From Podarcis erhardii (Eukaryota), in the NCBI GenBank assembly GCA_964252035.1, contig OZ176208.1: a stretch of 64,000 nt of DNA; one strand, written 5' to 3'. The notes under the pieces are model-generated. The model was not told the DNA's origin. It worked only from the letters and a program-made list of their open reading frames with translations, and made no database searches. The position numbers and the translations under genes were made by a program. Shown here one piece after another: positions 51,397 through 64,000 of this stretch (within the stretch, counting starts at the first letter, position 1; each line of letters starts with the position of its first letter).

Positions 51397-53012
51397 CAGT
51401 AAATTCCCTTCAGAAATAAATACATACCCTTCTCTATGGGTGAACATAGTGGTGTTTGATGAAGATGAATTTCCCCCGTTTTGGTGGGAGAGCTGATGGG
51501 GGCATGCTGGTATCATTTGTTGGTCCTGTATTTTCTCTTTGCATTATGCCTTGTATTCACAGCATCCATTTTGTGATGCAACATATACCCAAGCAGCCAT
51601 TTTGTGCCTGGCCCCCATGCCATTTTCTCAAAACCCCAAATGGGCCACTCAGATTAAAAGGTTGGCAATACCTGAATTACAGTCATTTTTGATTACCCTC
51701 AAAAGTGAATGGAGAAGGGGGGAAAGCCGGTGCCAACTCCTTGACCTTCCATCTTCTCTGCTTGCCTAAACCAGACCAATCCTCAAATCAAAACACTTTG
51801 CAGCTCTTTGCAAAACTCCACGTCAGGAACCTATTCAGTTTGGCCCAATCTAGTGCCAACAAAGACACAAGGATGATAGCCAGTCTCTCCTACTTTTCTG
51901 CCCAAAATAAAATGTAAAGACTCCTGGGACAAAAATAAAACTGGACCTATCTGTCTGCATTTTCATGTATTTCTTGCATAGGACATTTTCTTGTATCTGC
52001 TATTTTAAGACCAATTGCCCTCAAAGGATTAAGTGAGGTGAAATGATTCCTGTTTTACTCACTCAAAACCTACAGGCATTCTTTGAGGGAAAGCTGCTAC
52101 AGCTATTGTTCTGAAATTTGGCAGGCTTTGTCCCATTGGAAGGTTAACCTTGCCTGCAAAACTCATCATATTTTGCCAATAAAATAAAGATAATATATAG
52201 ACACTTCTTCTTTTGGATATGCAAAAAACTCCAAACAACACCGCTTATTTTAAAATCTGCCCAGACTAAAGACTTCGGATTTATTTGCCGTTAGCTTGGC
52301 AGGTTTCTTTTTCTTTAGAGAAGCTACAGACTGTAAAAGATCTCACCAAGCTTGTGGTCAGCATTGTTAACACTGATTACTAGAGTTACCACTAAAGTTC
52401 ATCAGAAGTTAATTCACAAGATGAATTTGTAAGTTGCTCCTTGACCAAAGCATCAACACAATTTGCACTGGAATTATTCTTTTGCTTCTTGAATGGGTTT
52501 TTTGTGGGAAGTTTTAAACAGAAAAGCAACAGAGCTTATGTGTGTATATGAGAAATATAAATCACTACGTGTGTACGTTTTAAATATGTTTTTTGAAGCA
52601 CAACATAAAATATTATTAAAATATATTAAACTTTTAATAAAGTACAATAATAACATACTTTGAAAAAGAGATAATACATTTGCATTATTAAAATTTGTTG
52701 ATCCACAATAATGCTTCAGGCTTTTCAGCTATGTTTTGGCATTCATCATACTTAATATAGGATCAGCAGGGTTGTTTGAACTGTGCTTTATGCAAGAGAA
52801 GTTGTTTATGAAAATTTCTGTGACAATATCAGGATGGTTGTTTGACCCTCTAAGTGCTTAATCAGTGCAAACTTTGTTAAAGTGAATGGGGCATACTCTG
52901 GCAAGGTATTTGGGGGATAATATTTATTGCATTTGACCATTGCTTTTAAAAAACAAAACAAATAAAAATCCCAGATACTCTCCATACAGCTTGTGTACAA
53001 GGAATTCAAATA

Positions 53013-53238
53013 CAGTGATACCTCGGGTTACATATGCTTCAGGTTACAGACTCCGCTAACCCAGAAATATTACCTCAGGTTACGAACTTTGCTTCAGGAT
53101 AAGAACAGAAATCATGCTCTGGCGGCATGGCGGCAGCAGGAGGCCCCATTAGCTAAAGTGGTGCTTCAGGTTAAGAACAGTTTCAGGTTAAGAACAGACC
53201 TCTGGAATGAATTAAGTACTTAACCCGAGGTACCACTG
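53013..53238. mobile_element. Tigger/pogo-like MITE
   Basis: Same family as 33005. Confidence 0.95.
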
Positions 53239-53471
53239 TAAAGGCAAAGAAATTTGTAAAAAGATCTGCTGTGGACTTCTTCTTCCTTATCCTTTTCTCA
53301 TTATTACATCAGCTATGAACATGGTGCTTCACAGAGTAACATAAGCAACTTCTTCTCAAGTGTCTGTTCAAGGATCTTATTATCTAAATTACCACAGAGG
53401 GATGGAAGGAAAGACAGAGGCAAAGGAAGAGGGAAAGCACCCTACCTTGGCAACAACCTTGTTGGCTTATG

Positions 53472-54113
53472 ACCAGAGGCCTTTCTCCTGGGCATGGTCG
53501 GCCAATTGGTGCCAAAGAAGGATAGAACTTTTTTATGTATGCAACAACAGCAGCAAGAATACTCATCGCAAAGCACTGGAAGACACAAGATTTACCCACC
53601 CGGGAAGAATGGCAGATGAAGTTGATGGATTACATGGAACTGGCGGAAATGACTGGCAGAATCCGAGACCAAGGTGAAGAGTCGGTGGAAGAACATTGGA
53701 AGAAATGTAAAGTTTATTTACAGAAACATTGTAAAATTAAGGAATGTTAGAAGGATGTTGGAATGAAGTTATGTGGTTTTAGCAGAAATGATATAAAGGA
53801 TTAGATAAAAATTGATTTTTTAATTGGAGAAAGACCAGAATGTAAAATTACAGTATATTAAGATAAATTATTAGGATAAAAACAAAGCTGGAAAGGATTT
53901 GCTGAAATATCTAATTGAACTAGAATACAAAAAAGGGAGGTGTGAGGAGGTCAAGGAAACAAGCAAAGGAAAGAAAGTTATGTAAAAGTTTGAGCTGTTT
54001 TTTTCTTCTTTTTTTCTTTTTTCGAATTGTTTGTATTTTTGTATTGTATTTTCTGTATTTTTTTTCCTTTTGTAATCTTTAAAATTTGAATAAATATTAT
54101 TTTTTAAAAAACA
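53472..54113 (+). mobile_element. L1-type LINE 3' end
   Basis: YATTAARILIAKHWKTQDLPTREEWQMKLMDYMELAEMTGRIRD; 20-bp TSD AACAACCTTGTTGGCTTATG. Confidence 0.92.
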
Positions 54114-54138
54114 AACAACCTTGTTGGCTTATGGTATC

Positions 54139-54568
54139 CAGGGCCGGATTTAGGTTTGATAAAGTGGTCCTTTGTCAACCACAAATCGTTGCTGTTTTTT
54201 GTGTTGAATATATGCTATATGGTAATTTATGGACCTGATAGATATCTAAAGCTATTTGCACATAACAAAATATGTATTTTATCAAAGTAATTGTTGAACT
54301 GAAATACAATTAAGAAGAAGTATATTAATAGTGAAATAATTATTAAGCTCTAACTTAAAATGATTGGGGCCCCAATACTTACATCATAGGAGCCTACACG
54401 AAGCAAAACACTGTTGCTGTATGTAGACTTTATTTTATTTGTTTTTTATCTTATATTTTGGAAATGTACATCTAGTTTCCCCCCCCCCCGTTTAATTTTT
54501 TGGGGGGACCCCAAGAGAGTGGGGCCCTAAGCTATAGCTTGTTTAGCGTATACATAAATCTGGCACTG
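54139..54568 (+). mobile_element. hAT MITE
   Basis: CAGGGCCGGATTTAGG...TCTGGCACTG; TSD 6/8 match; homologous to 10324. Confidence 0.8.
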
Positions 54569-55283
54569 GTTGTATCCCAAAGCCATCATACAGTCTCCCC
54601 TTCCCAGGTTTGATTTGTTGATACCTGTTGGATTGTGAAGGAATTGACCTAGTCATAGCACTTTATTACACACCAACTTTCTAGTGTCAAACTCGGGATG
54701 CACATCAGACATGAGCTTTAGTATAGACCCCCAACTGGAGCTCTGGAAACAGTCCCCACTGATCTGAAGTGACTCCTGGGTGCCCCCTTTGACTCTGGGT
54801 CCATCTGATCCAGCTTTGTTTCCTCGTTGGCATTCACAACTGAATTTTTTTAAAAGTTCTATTTTCCCTCTTTCTGGCATCTCCTGCAACTAAGCTGGTG
54901 CAAAACACATTGCTGTGCTTTCCTTTGGACCACATCAGCAAGGCCGAGAGTTAACTTCAGTGCTGCTAACACAGCAGTTTGGCTTTGCACCTGGAGGCAC
55001 ACTACATTGTCTTTCAAGAGAGATGGATGCCAATAATACCATGTTCTCAGGGCATTTTTGCACCCAGAACTTGCTAGAACTCAGTTTCAGCATCTCTCAG
55101 ACGGGCGCCATTGCCATTATGAGAGAACAAGGGAAGTGTTCATGTTGAGTTCCAGCACCTCTTTTTCTAGAAAAATAGCACTGAATGTCCTTAAAGTGTT
55201 ACTTGCGTCTGGAAAAATAAGACTTTTTTATTTTAAAAAATCAACTTTTATTTTTGGACTCCATGTAAAAAGATGTGAGAAGA

Positions 55284-55326
<43 letters not shown>

Positions 55327-55417
55327 CCTGAAGGTCTCAGGGTGGTTCACAGAACAAAATCAAAATATAAAACCACAAAATGTAGACTCAAAATAAAAAC
55401 AACAACCCTATAGATTT

Positions 55418-55426
55418 AATAATAAT

Positions 55427-55475
<49 letters not shown>

Positions 55476-56993
55476 TCTTTATTGTCATTGCCCCCTCTCA
55501 GGGACAACAAAATTACCTGGCTGCTCCATCCACCCAGGTAGGGCACTCCACTCAAAATCAGAACAACAATAAAAACACTAATTAAAACAATACAGTATAA
55601 TACAGCAAGGAAAATTAGATGACTTTCAAAGTCCAGGTTTCCCATTCAGGGCCGAGATCGCTCTGGAGAAGAAGCTGTTCTTGAGACAGCTCGTTCTTGT
55701 CTTCATTGTCCTGTATCTCCGTCCCGACAGCAGGAGCTCGAAGAGACAGTGACCAGGATGCGATGGATCTTTTACTATGTCCAGTGCCTTCCTATGACAC
55801 CTTGTGGCATGAATCTGCTCTAAGGTGGAAAGTGGGCAGCCAACAATGCTCTCTGCTGCCTTAACAACTCTGCACAATCCCATCCTGTCCTGGGTAGTAC
55901 AGCTTCCGTACCACACACATAAGCCATAAGTGAGCACGCTCTCAATGGCACGGTGATAGAAGGCAAGCAGCAGTTTCTGCGGAAGATGGTTTTTCCTTAG
56001 GATTCTCAAAAAGTACAGTCTCTGCTGCGCCTTCTTCACAAGCCCCCTTGTGTTGACCCTCCAGGACAGATCCTCTTGTAATTCAATACCCAAAAATCTG
56101 AACGTTGTTACCCTCTCCACACAGACCCCATCAATCAAAAGTGGCTGGACATTGCTCTTCTGTCTCCTGAAGTCCACCACAAGCTCCTTTGTCTTCCTTG
56201 TATTTATGAGCAAGTTGTTAGCTCTGCACCACTCTGTCAGCTGTTCCACCTCATCTCTATAGTCCGTTTCACCCTCCCTTTCAGAGATGAGCCCAATCAC
56301 GGTTGTGTCATCTGCAAATTTGACAACCCTATTACTAGGGTGAGCAGCGACACAATCGTACGTGTAGAGAATATAAAGGAGCGGACTAAGTACGCATCCC
56401 TGTGGTGTTCCTGTGTTAGTCTTAAGCGTATTAGAGGTATAAGGGCCCAACTGAACCCTCTGGGGGCGGTCTGACAGAAAGTCCAATATCCACCCACAAA
56501 GTGATAACAGAAGCCCCGGATCTTCCAGTTTAGACACCAGACGTTGTGGTAGAATGGTATTAAATGCCGAGCTGAAATCTAAAAAAAGCAGTCTGGCATA
56601 ACCCCCCCGCTGCTCCAAATGTGCAAGAACGGCATGGAGGGCAATCGCCACAGCGTCCTCTGTCGATCTTTCCGTTTTATAAGCAAATTGGAATGTGTCC
56701 AGTCCCTCTGGTAGGCAGGCAATGACATAATTTCGTACCAGCTTTTCAAAGCACTTCATGATTATAGGTGTGAGTGCTACTGGACGAAAGTCATTCAGAT
56801 CTTCCGGGTTAGATTTTTTTGCTATTGGAACGATAGTAGAGGACTTTAGGCAGGATGGAACAATAGCCTGGGCTAGGGATCGATTTAAAATCCCAGTGAA
56901 AACTCCTGCTAGTTGATCTGCACAGTCTCTCAGTACCCTTCCAGCTACCCCATCTGGCCCTGTGGCCTTCCTTGGGTTGATTCCCTTCAGCAC
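55418..56993 (-). mobile_element. Rex1/Babar-type non-LTR retrotransposon, 5'-truncated
   Basis: RT frame followed by a 3' UTR ending CAATGACAATAAAGAT(ATT)n. Confidence 0.88.
55626..56993 (-). CDS. Reverse transcriptase ORF (partial ORF2) of the Rex1/Babar-type LINE
   Basis: 455 uninterrupted codons with [44 protein letters not shown] and C-terminal [12 protein letters not shown]. The start codon is not ATG and the endonuclease is missing, consistent with truncation. Confidence 0.85.
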   Translation of the reverse strand: MLKGINPRKATGPDGVAGRVLRDCADQLAGVFTGILNRSLAQAIVPSCLKSSTIVPIAKKSNPEDLNDFRPVALTPIIMKCFEKLVRNYVIACLPEGLDTFQFAYKTERSTEDAVAIALHAVLAHLEQRGGYARLLFLDFSSAFNTILPQRLVSKLEDPGLLLSLCGWILDFLSDRPQRVQLGPYTSNTLKTNTGTPQGCVLSPLLYILYTYDCVAAHPSNRVVKFADDTTVIGLISEREGETDYRDEVEQLTEWCRANNLLINTRKTKELVVDFRRQKSNVQPLLIDGVCVERVTTFRFLGIELQEDLSWRVNTRGLVKKAQQRLYFLRILRKNHLPQKLLLAFYHRAIESVLTYGLCVWYGSCTTQDRMGLCRVVKAAESIVGCPLSTLEQIHATRCHRKALDIVKDPSHPGHCLFELLLSGRRYRTMKTRTSCLKNSFFSRAISALNGKPGL

Positions 56994-58029
56994 ACTACTT
57001 TAGAATAAATTCCATTGAATTTAATGAAACTTGCTTCTTTTTAGACATGCATAGATTTTCCCTGTAAGCTCTAAATATATTATTATAGTTTTTTTCCACA
57101 ATGTGAAATTGAAAACTTTTGATGGAGGAGTAAGTGTGCCTGGATGAAGCTGATTAAGGAAATCAAGAGAGGATTAGCACAGCACCTATAACGTAGATTA
57201 AAGTGTTCTGAAGAAAGTTCCAACATTAAAAAAGATGAATGAGCATTGGACAGATTGTATTTCTGATTATTGACCTTTTAGTCAATGTACATGGTGAGCA
57301 CACTGATCTGTGATGAGGAATAATTGGTGACTCATAAGCTCTGTTATTCATGAAACCATAGATGAGTCAAACAGCATGTTGATAAACAGATCTCTTCAAG
57401 AAAGATGCTTTAGACACAGCAAAATCTTAGCATAGGCAATGACCCATGCTAATTATTTGGTCATTCATACAAATGAATAAGCAACACACCAGTAGATTCT
57501 TCTGCATGAGCCCCCATGAAACAAATTCCCATACTGATCTTAGGATAAATGTGCACACCATGTCAACGTAATAATAATGTCAATTTTCATAAAGCCATTC
57601 TTTCAATCCTCTGGCATTCCAATTTAAGTAAGAGCTGTCCGCTTATATTTGTTCTGTCAGAATTTGTGTGCATTTTCATTTACCTTATTTGGGAAAGATA
57701 GATCATTTTCCTGGAAGGGGTCTTGCTTTGACTATCCTGCTTGTTAACCATGCTGGCATCTTCTTTGACTTATTTCAATTTTTCCTATTCTTGGAACCCA
57801 TATCAAAACCATATTAAATTGAGCCTCTGTTTAACTCAATTTAAATCACTCTTAAGGAGCCTGTGGAGATCTGACTCTCCCTTTCAACTTTATATTAGCT
57901 AATCCCTCCATTTTCATAACTTTCTACTTTTGAAATTAAATGTGACACTTTCCATATATACCTGTATTGTATTTACCTTCTTTATCCTTGCCCATGTTTT
58001 TAACCCCAATTCTGTGAAACATCTATATT

Positions 58030-58120
58030 GTTGGGAGCAGTCATTAGGAGGTTTGGGGCACGGTGTCATCAGTCTGCTTGTGATACGCAGTTCTATTTCT
58101 CTGTAACACTGGGGTTTGCT
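58030..58120 (+). mobile_element. L2 RT fragment
   Basis: LGAVIRRFGARCHQSACDTQFYFS, a decayed HQYADDTQLY motif. Confidence 0.65.
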
Positions 58121-58774
58121 GTACAAATCCTGAACCACTCAGGCACAGGATATTTGACTGATTCATGCCATTCTGATATTAAGAATGGGCATTTTTTTTC
58201 CTGTTTATCATTTCATTTCTGGCAATCTCATTTGCTTCATTTTCCATTCATTGCTTGCTCTGTCCTTTCATCTCTTCTGTTAGTAGCTATCTTCATGCAT
58301 GACATTCTTTATTTAAAAAACAAAAAAACAAAACTTGGTGGGGGGAGTTCAGATAAGTGTGCTAGGACCATTCCACCTCATGAAACATGAAGGTCTGAAA
58401 TAAGGAATCTCCTGTAATCCTGAAAACTCTCTCTGTCAATGTCTATGAGTTGGAAATCGATTGGAACAGAGATGGGTCAGGCAGATATCACACTCATTTC
58501 TGCCCCACATGTGTTTTTTCAACTAAGAACATATCACCTGAAGGCAGCTATTGTTTCATTCAGAGTTTGTTTCCTATTTATTTTATTTTTGCACTATAGT
58601 GTAGACACAGACTGTTTTCTGATGCCTCTATATTTGGACCTTTCCACACATAAGACACAAAACTTCAGAACTTTCTCCAATGCAAATTGCAGTGAATTTT
58701 CTGGTATTTCTACGATGGATTTCAATTGCTCTAATTTTTTTGTATGTTGTTTTTAAACAGTCAATTTGCACCAC

Positions 58775-59180
58775 ATATGAAGTATGAATATTGTTGTTGT
58801 TGGCATCTGTCTGACTCAAGAGACAATGGAGTGCGTTTCCAAGGGTGAAGCCCAAACTGCTGGAGAGTCGCAGCACCTGTTGTGGCTGCAGAGAGTGGTA
58901 ACTCCAAACTATTGCCTCCCATGTTGTTTTTTGCTGTGTTAGCAGCACTGTAGTGACCTCTCTGGGTGGTGGTTCTGGGCTGCCCAGATGACAATACCCC
59001 ACTCTTGGCATCGTCAACATCGTCCAAGAGAAAGTAGACCAATATATTTGGTACAAGCTTGGCTTCAGAAGTTCCCAGAAGGAGGCACACAAGATGCCAA
59101 CCAGCCATCTTAGGGACTCAAGTCTGGATTTGTGTAGGGTTTACTCCTTAGCCTCTTCTTTTCCGGAATATGTCCCATGA
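58775..59180 (-). mobile_element. RTE-type LINE fragment, probable
   Basis: (CAA)n-like tail on the minus strand followed by GGCATCTGTCTGACTCAAGAGACAATGGAGTGCG; recalled as a squamate repeat. Confidence 0.45.
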
Positions 59181-60151
59181 GGAAGAGGGTAATTCTGAAT
59201 ATCAGCTGGCATAAAAATACTTTAGTTAAATAAAGAAATCATATCACTGTAGGCATCAGATCTGCTGAATTTCAGAGAGACTAGAGAAAGGGTCCTCATT
59301 TTATGCACAACATTTTAAAATGGTGAAATCCTATAAGCTTCACATTGCTTTATGCTTCATGTTTGTCTACCTTTTCTTTTCGCTTCGAGAGTGCTCCAAG
59401 ATACTCCCCCCCCCGAATGTTCCCTTTATGAAACAACACGTATCATTTTTTTGTAAACAATGCTGTGCAGACTTCTGTCATTTTCAGGAATTCTTGCTAC
59501 AAGAAACAAGCAGGAGAAATGAAATGAAGGGGGATTTCATTTGTTTCTCTCCCTCATTTGTGTGTTTTCATCTCATAGAAATGAATTAGAAACAAATGGA
59601 GTACATTTCATTTTCCATTCATTTTAGAAGCAAATGCACACCCCTATCTGATACATGCACTATATCAATGTTCTATCTTACAACCAAAGCACTCTAGTTT
59701 CCATATTTTGCTTTTGAGGGATCTGTCATCAGCATATAAATAACGAAGGAGGCTGCAATACTTGGTAGATTAGTACTCACCAACAGAGAAAAATTTTCCT
59801 CATTGTAGGAAATTGCTATTAAAAAGAAAGAGATTTCTCTTGCCAGTTTCAAGTGAGGATTCGGGTGGGGGGGGGGAATAATTAACTTGGAGTTTTCTGT
59901 GTTTCCAACTCTTAATTTTGGATATCTATAGAAACTTCATAGGGTATCACACATATTAGAAGGTTGAATCAGCTCTGTGTGTAGCCTTATTTTAAGGCAA
60001 ATAGGGGTGATTTGGATGAGGTTTCAAATGCCAATGTCAGATTGCACTGTGAACAAACCCTCCAAGTATCTCTATTTTCCAGGGACAGTCCCAGATTTAC
60101 AGAAGCCATTCTGATTTCTGATTTGATCTAGGAATGTCCTGCTTTCCCTTA

Positions 60152-60519
60152 AAGGTAAAGGTAAAGGACCCCTGACCGTTAAGTCCAGTCATGAAAAACT
60201 CTGGGGTTGCGGCGCTCATCTCGCTTTACTGGCCGAGGGAGCCAACGTTTGTTCGCAGACAACTTCCGGGTCATGTGGCCAGCATGACTAAGCCGCTTCT
60301 GGCGAAATCAGAGCAGCACACGGAAACGCCGTTTACCTTCCCACTAGAGCGGTACCTATTTATTTACTTGCACTTTGACATGATTTTGAACTGCTAGGTT
60401 GGCAGGAGCTGGGACAGAGCAGCGGGAGCTCACCCCATCACGGGGATTCAAACCACCGACCTTCTGATTGGCAAGCCCTAGGCTCAGTGGTTTAGACCAC
60501 AGCGCCACTCACGCCCCTT
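60152..60519 (-). mobile_element. Sauria SINE nested in a MITE
   Basis: 10-bp TSD CTTTCCCTTA (60142-60151 / 60520-60529); the host MITE continues on both sides. Confidence 0.95.
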
Positions 60520-60939
60520 CTTTCCCTTAGGACATCCCTATTTTCATCGGAGGAATGTTGGAGGGTATGGAATTGTGTGACCACTAAGCCAAGGAGATAA
60601 GTAACTATACAACATTTAGAAGAAATCTGAAGGCAGCCCTGTATAGGGAAGTTTTTAAATGCTTAATGTTTTAGTATGCTTTATATATGCTGGATGCTGC
60701 TCAGAGTGGTTGGTGCATCACCGTCAGATGAATTGTTGTTGTTGTTGTTGAATAGGATGCCCCTATTTTCATTGGATAAATGTTGGAGTGTATGTGAGTT
60801 GGATCAGGGTAATTGTTTGTCCCCTCCTATCACTGTATTCTCTCCCCCCCCCTTAAAATAAAACAACCATTGCATTTATTTAATCATTTTAAAAGGTGAG
60901 ACCATGTTGGTTAGGGAAACCAGCTTGATTAAGGAGGGG

Positions 60940-61123
60940 CAGTGTTTTTTTTTCCTTAAAAAAATGTTTAGGGATGCTCTCATTTTGACTCAAGAAAATC
61001 ACCATTTTATACTTCAAATCAGGAAAATTAAAATAAAGCAAATGGACAAAAGTACAAAGATTCACAAAATGTTTAGGGGTATGCGTACCCCTGCGCCCCC
61101 CCCCCCACCGAAGAAAAGCACTG
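60940..61123. mobile_element. hAT MITE
   Basis: CAGTG...CACTG; perfect TSD AGGAGGGG. Confidence 0.88.
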
Positions 61124-61752
61124 AGGAGGGGTGACAAGCAATGCAGGGAGGTGAGAGATGTCTTGTTTTGATCGTTTACTTAGAAGTGCATGCAGATGAT
61201 TACAGTCCGACTTACTCCCTTGTAGGTATGCTCAGGCGTGCAGGCTTAATGCAAGCTGGGAGAGAATTCTGCTAATCCTTCTTATGGGCATTTGATGAAG
61301 TAAGTGTGTGAATCCTGTCTGAGGTCCATAAATGTATTTCTCACAGGCCTGTCATAAAGGAATGTCCGGGAGCTGCAATGACTCAGTCATTTTTGTGCAG
61401 ACTGTCATTTAAACCCATATTTGTTTGGCACCTCTGCCTTCGCAGCCTAGCCAACTTGCGAGAAGGCAGGGTGCCATCCTGACAGATGGCCGAGGCCGTA
61501 AAAAGCCAAGAGACCATGAATGAGCATCAAATGTGTTTGCTGAGGCTGGGAGTCCCAGTCAAGACCGCCCAAGCAGCTGTCTGTCCTAAGGTTATGCACC
61601 TATGGTTGAAGAGATGTGTCACCACTAATTCATCTCATCACTACTGCAACTTGTGAAAAGGAGAGGAGGGGGACACTTTTGACTGCAGTTTGCACACACT
61701 AACACAGGAGTAACAGATACTAAAGAATCGAATACAGCTCCCTCCCTCCCTC

Positions 61753-61753
61753 C

Positions 61754-61794
<41 letters not shown>

Positions 61795-61836
61795 ATCTAT
61801 CATCTATCTATCTATCTATCTATCATCTATCTATCT
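61753..61836. repeat. (ATCT)n microsatellite
   Basis: Directly visible. Confidence 0.95.
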
Positions 61837-62049
61837 AAACTCTCCACCTTACTGCGGTTGTCAATATAATTCGCCTACAGCAAAGCTGTTTAAATTTTTA
61901 AAATTAACCTGAGCTTGGTGAATTTCAGTGCATTTCATGGTGAAATAATTCCTGGTTTGTTTTCCCTTCAGTCTGCAACCTGAAATCTATGGGCTTTCGT
62001 TGTGAGTTGACATGTGTGGGATTGTGTTGTTAAAAAAATCTCTTGTTGG

Positions 62050-62540
62050 TTTGCATTTCTTAGTACAGAAAGTACTGATCTGATGTGTAGGGATTTTTCC
62101 TATTCTACTTAATTCAAGAGGGCTCTGGAAGTTTCTTTGTGTGAAAGAAACAAGCAGAAAGTGCATGATGTCTGGGTTATTCCTTCAGAGAAGCTGAGTA
62201 CAGCTGGCTTAAACTGGTTCCCTTATCTCTTCTGTCAAGATCATGCCAGAAGGATGGGTTTCACTTTCTCTTCCTGTCTCTCCTTTCCTTCTGTGTGGTG
62301 TTCTGCACATAGTATGGTTAGTGTTAAGGTTTAGACTTATTATAAGTTATTGTAAGTTTAAGTTAAGTGTGCTGCAACTGGATTTCTTATGGACAGTGCC
62401 AATCCTGAATGTATTGGATTTGTGCCCATTATGCTCATTTGCCTTCAGTAGCAGTAAAACTCTGCTGGATGACATATAATTGTCTTTGGTCTATTTTGGG
62501 GGGAATATTGCAACATGTTTAAGTTTTCACTCTGCTAACT
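62050..62540 (+). repeat. LTR-like interspersed repeat, copy 2
   Basis: Colinear with 1570-2210. Confidence 0.6.
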
Positions 62541-62591
62541 ATACAATGGAATCTGTTCTGGATCAATATTGAGTAGAATTTCAATGACAGT

Positions 62592-62875
62592 TGTTTTCTG
62601 CTGCTCCAGAGAAGCGGACACGGAGCAATGGTTCCAAACTACAAGAAAGAAGATTCCACCTAAACATTAGGAAGAACTTCCTGACAGTAAGAGCTGTTCG
62701 ACAGTGGAATTTGCTGCCAAGGAGTGTGGTGGAGTCTCCTTCTTTGGAGGTCTTTAAGCAGAGGCTTGACAACCATATGTCAGGAGTGCTCTGATGGTGT
62801 TTCCTGCTTGGCAGGGGGTTGGACTCGATGGCCCTTGTGGTCTCTTCCAACTCTATGATTCTATGATTCTATGAT
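62592..62875 (+). mobile_element. CR1 LINE 3' end
   Basis: Near-identical to the reverse complement of 39604-39870; (ATTCTATG)n tail. Confidence 0.95.
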
Positions 62876-62890
62876 CCTTCTTCTGGTATA

Positions 62891-63132
62891 CAGTGGTACC
62901 TCGGGTTAAGTACTTAATTCATTCCAGAGGTCCGTTCTTAACCTGAAATTGTTCTTAACCTGAAGCACCACTTTAGCCTATGGAGCCTCCTGCTGCCGCC
63001 GCGCCACCGGAGCACGATTTCTGTTCTCATCCTGAAGCAAAGTTCTTAACTTAAAGCACTATTTCTGGGTTAGCGGAGTCTGTAACCTGAAGCGTCTGTA
63101 ACCTGAAGCGTATGTAACCCGAGGTACCACTG
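62891..63132. mobile_element. Tigger/pogo-like MITE
   Basis: Same family as 33005. Confidence 0.95.
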
Positions 63133-64000
63133 TAGTCATACCATGTACTGCAACTGCTACTATTTTCCAGGGACAATTCCCCATGTTCTTGAGACCCATC
63201 TCTGGAAAATTGCTGCCCTTCTTTTGTTCCAATTTCAACTGTGACTTTAGGGGAGATCTGAGAAGTCTTTTAAGACATTTTGCTAGTGTGCATTAGAGTA
63301 ATCCAGGTAGCATATGCCTGATTCTTGGCATGAGAATGGGGTGCCGTAAATGCACAAAAGTATTCCTATTTTCATTCTGAAATGCTTGAGGGTAACTCAT
63401 GTTGATCCAAGCAAAATTTAGCATGCTACTTTTTGGACCCATTTTTAAATCTGATGTGGAGAGGGCTGCTGATTTATTTCAATGTGTGCTGGCATTATTT
63501 ATGAAAAAGGCTTCCTATATATTTATGAATGCATCCCAGTCACTCACAAATCTTCAACATCCACAGAGGAATTAAAGGCAGTAAAAGTAGAGTAGAAAGA
63601 GATGAGGGCAGCATAAGAATATATATATTTTTTTCTAGATTTCTGTCAGCCAGTGCATAATCACGTGTGGACTTTTTGAGGTTTCTTTTTCCAAGTTGGG
63701 AGCATGACTGTGTATGTTTTCCCCCGCCCAAAGCAGCCAGAAGTATGTTCCTGTAGCATAGTTCAAACTTCAGTGTTTGGTGTCATTAATTCCCCCGCAA
63801 ATCTGAAATCCAATGTTAAGTCTAGAGCAGCAATATCCAAAGATCTCTGTCAGCACTTTGTGAACTTCTGTGTCAGGAAGATAGATGACATCAGAGCATA
63901 TTTTCCCCGAGGCACATTTACTTACTTATTTCCCTCCCTCCTTTCTTTTTCTTCTTCTTCTTCTTCTCCCTCTCTCTTCCTTCTCCCACCTCTCTCTCTC

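Noticed and set aside
63296-63335. AGTAATCCAGG resembling miR-26
   Set aside because: Only 11 nt match, the 5' seed TTCAAGT is absent and there is no matching hairpin.
1-64000. CRISPR arrays, rRNA genes, prokaryote-type systems
   Set aside because: No spaced direct-repeat arrays or rRNA motifs are present, and the sequence is vertebrate.

Overview
Vertebrate, AT-rich, repeat-dense DNA, most likely from a squamate reptile (lacertid-like lizard). The inference rests on Sauria SINEs, a Bov-B LINE 3' end, CR1 ends with (ATTCTATG)n tails and squamate-type hAT/Tigger MITEs. I could not identify any host protein-coding gene, so the window looks intronic or intergenic. Most six-frame ORFs are TE fragments or chance. 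Recognisable coding sequence is all transposon-derived: a full-length decayed mariner (12488-13749), a Bov-B 3' end, several L1/L2/CR1/RTE fragments, and a 5'-truncated Rex1/Babar-type LINE with an uninterrupted 455-codon RT frame (55626-56993, minus). The most unusual object is a 1.2-kb CpG-island-like block (33496-34716). It is bounded by hAT-type TIRs and a perfect 8-bp TSD, so it appears to be a non-autonomous transposon carrying captured, promoter-like GC-rich cargo. Family names come from recalled consensus motifs, not database searches.
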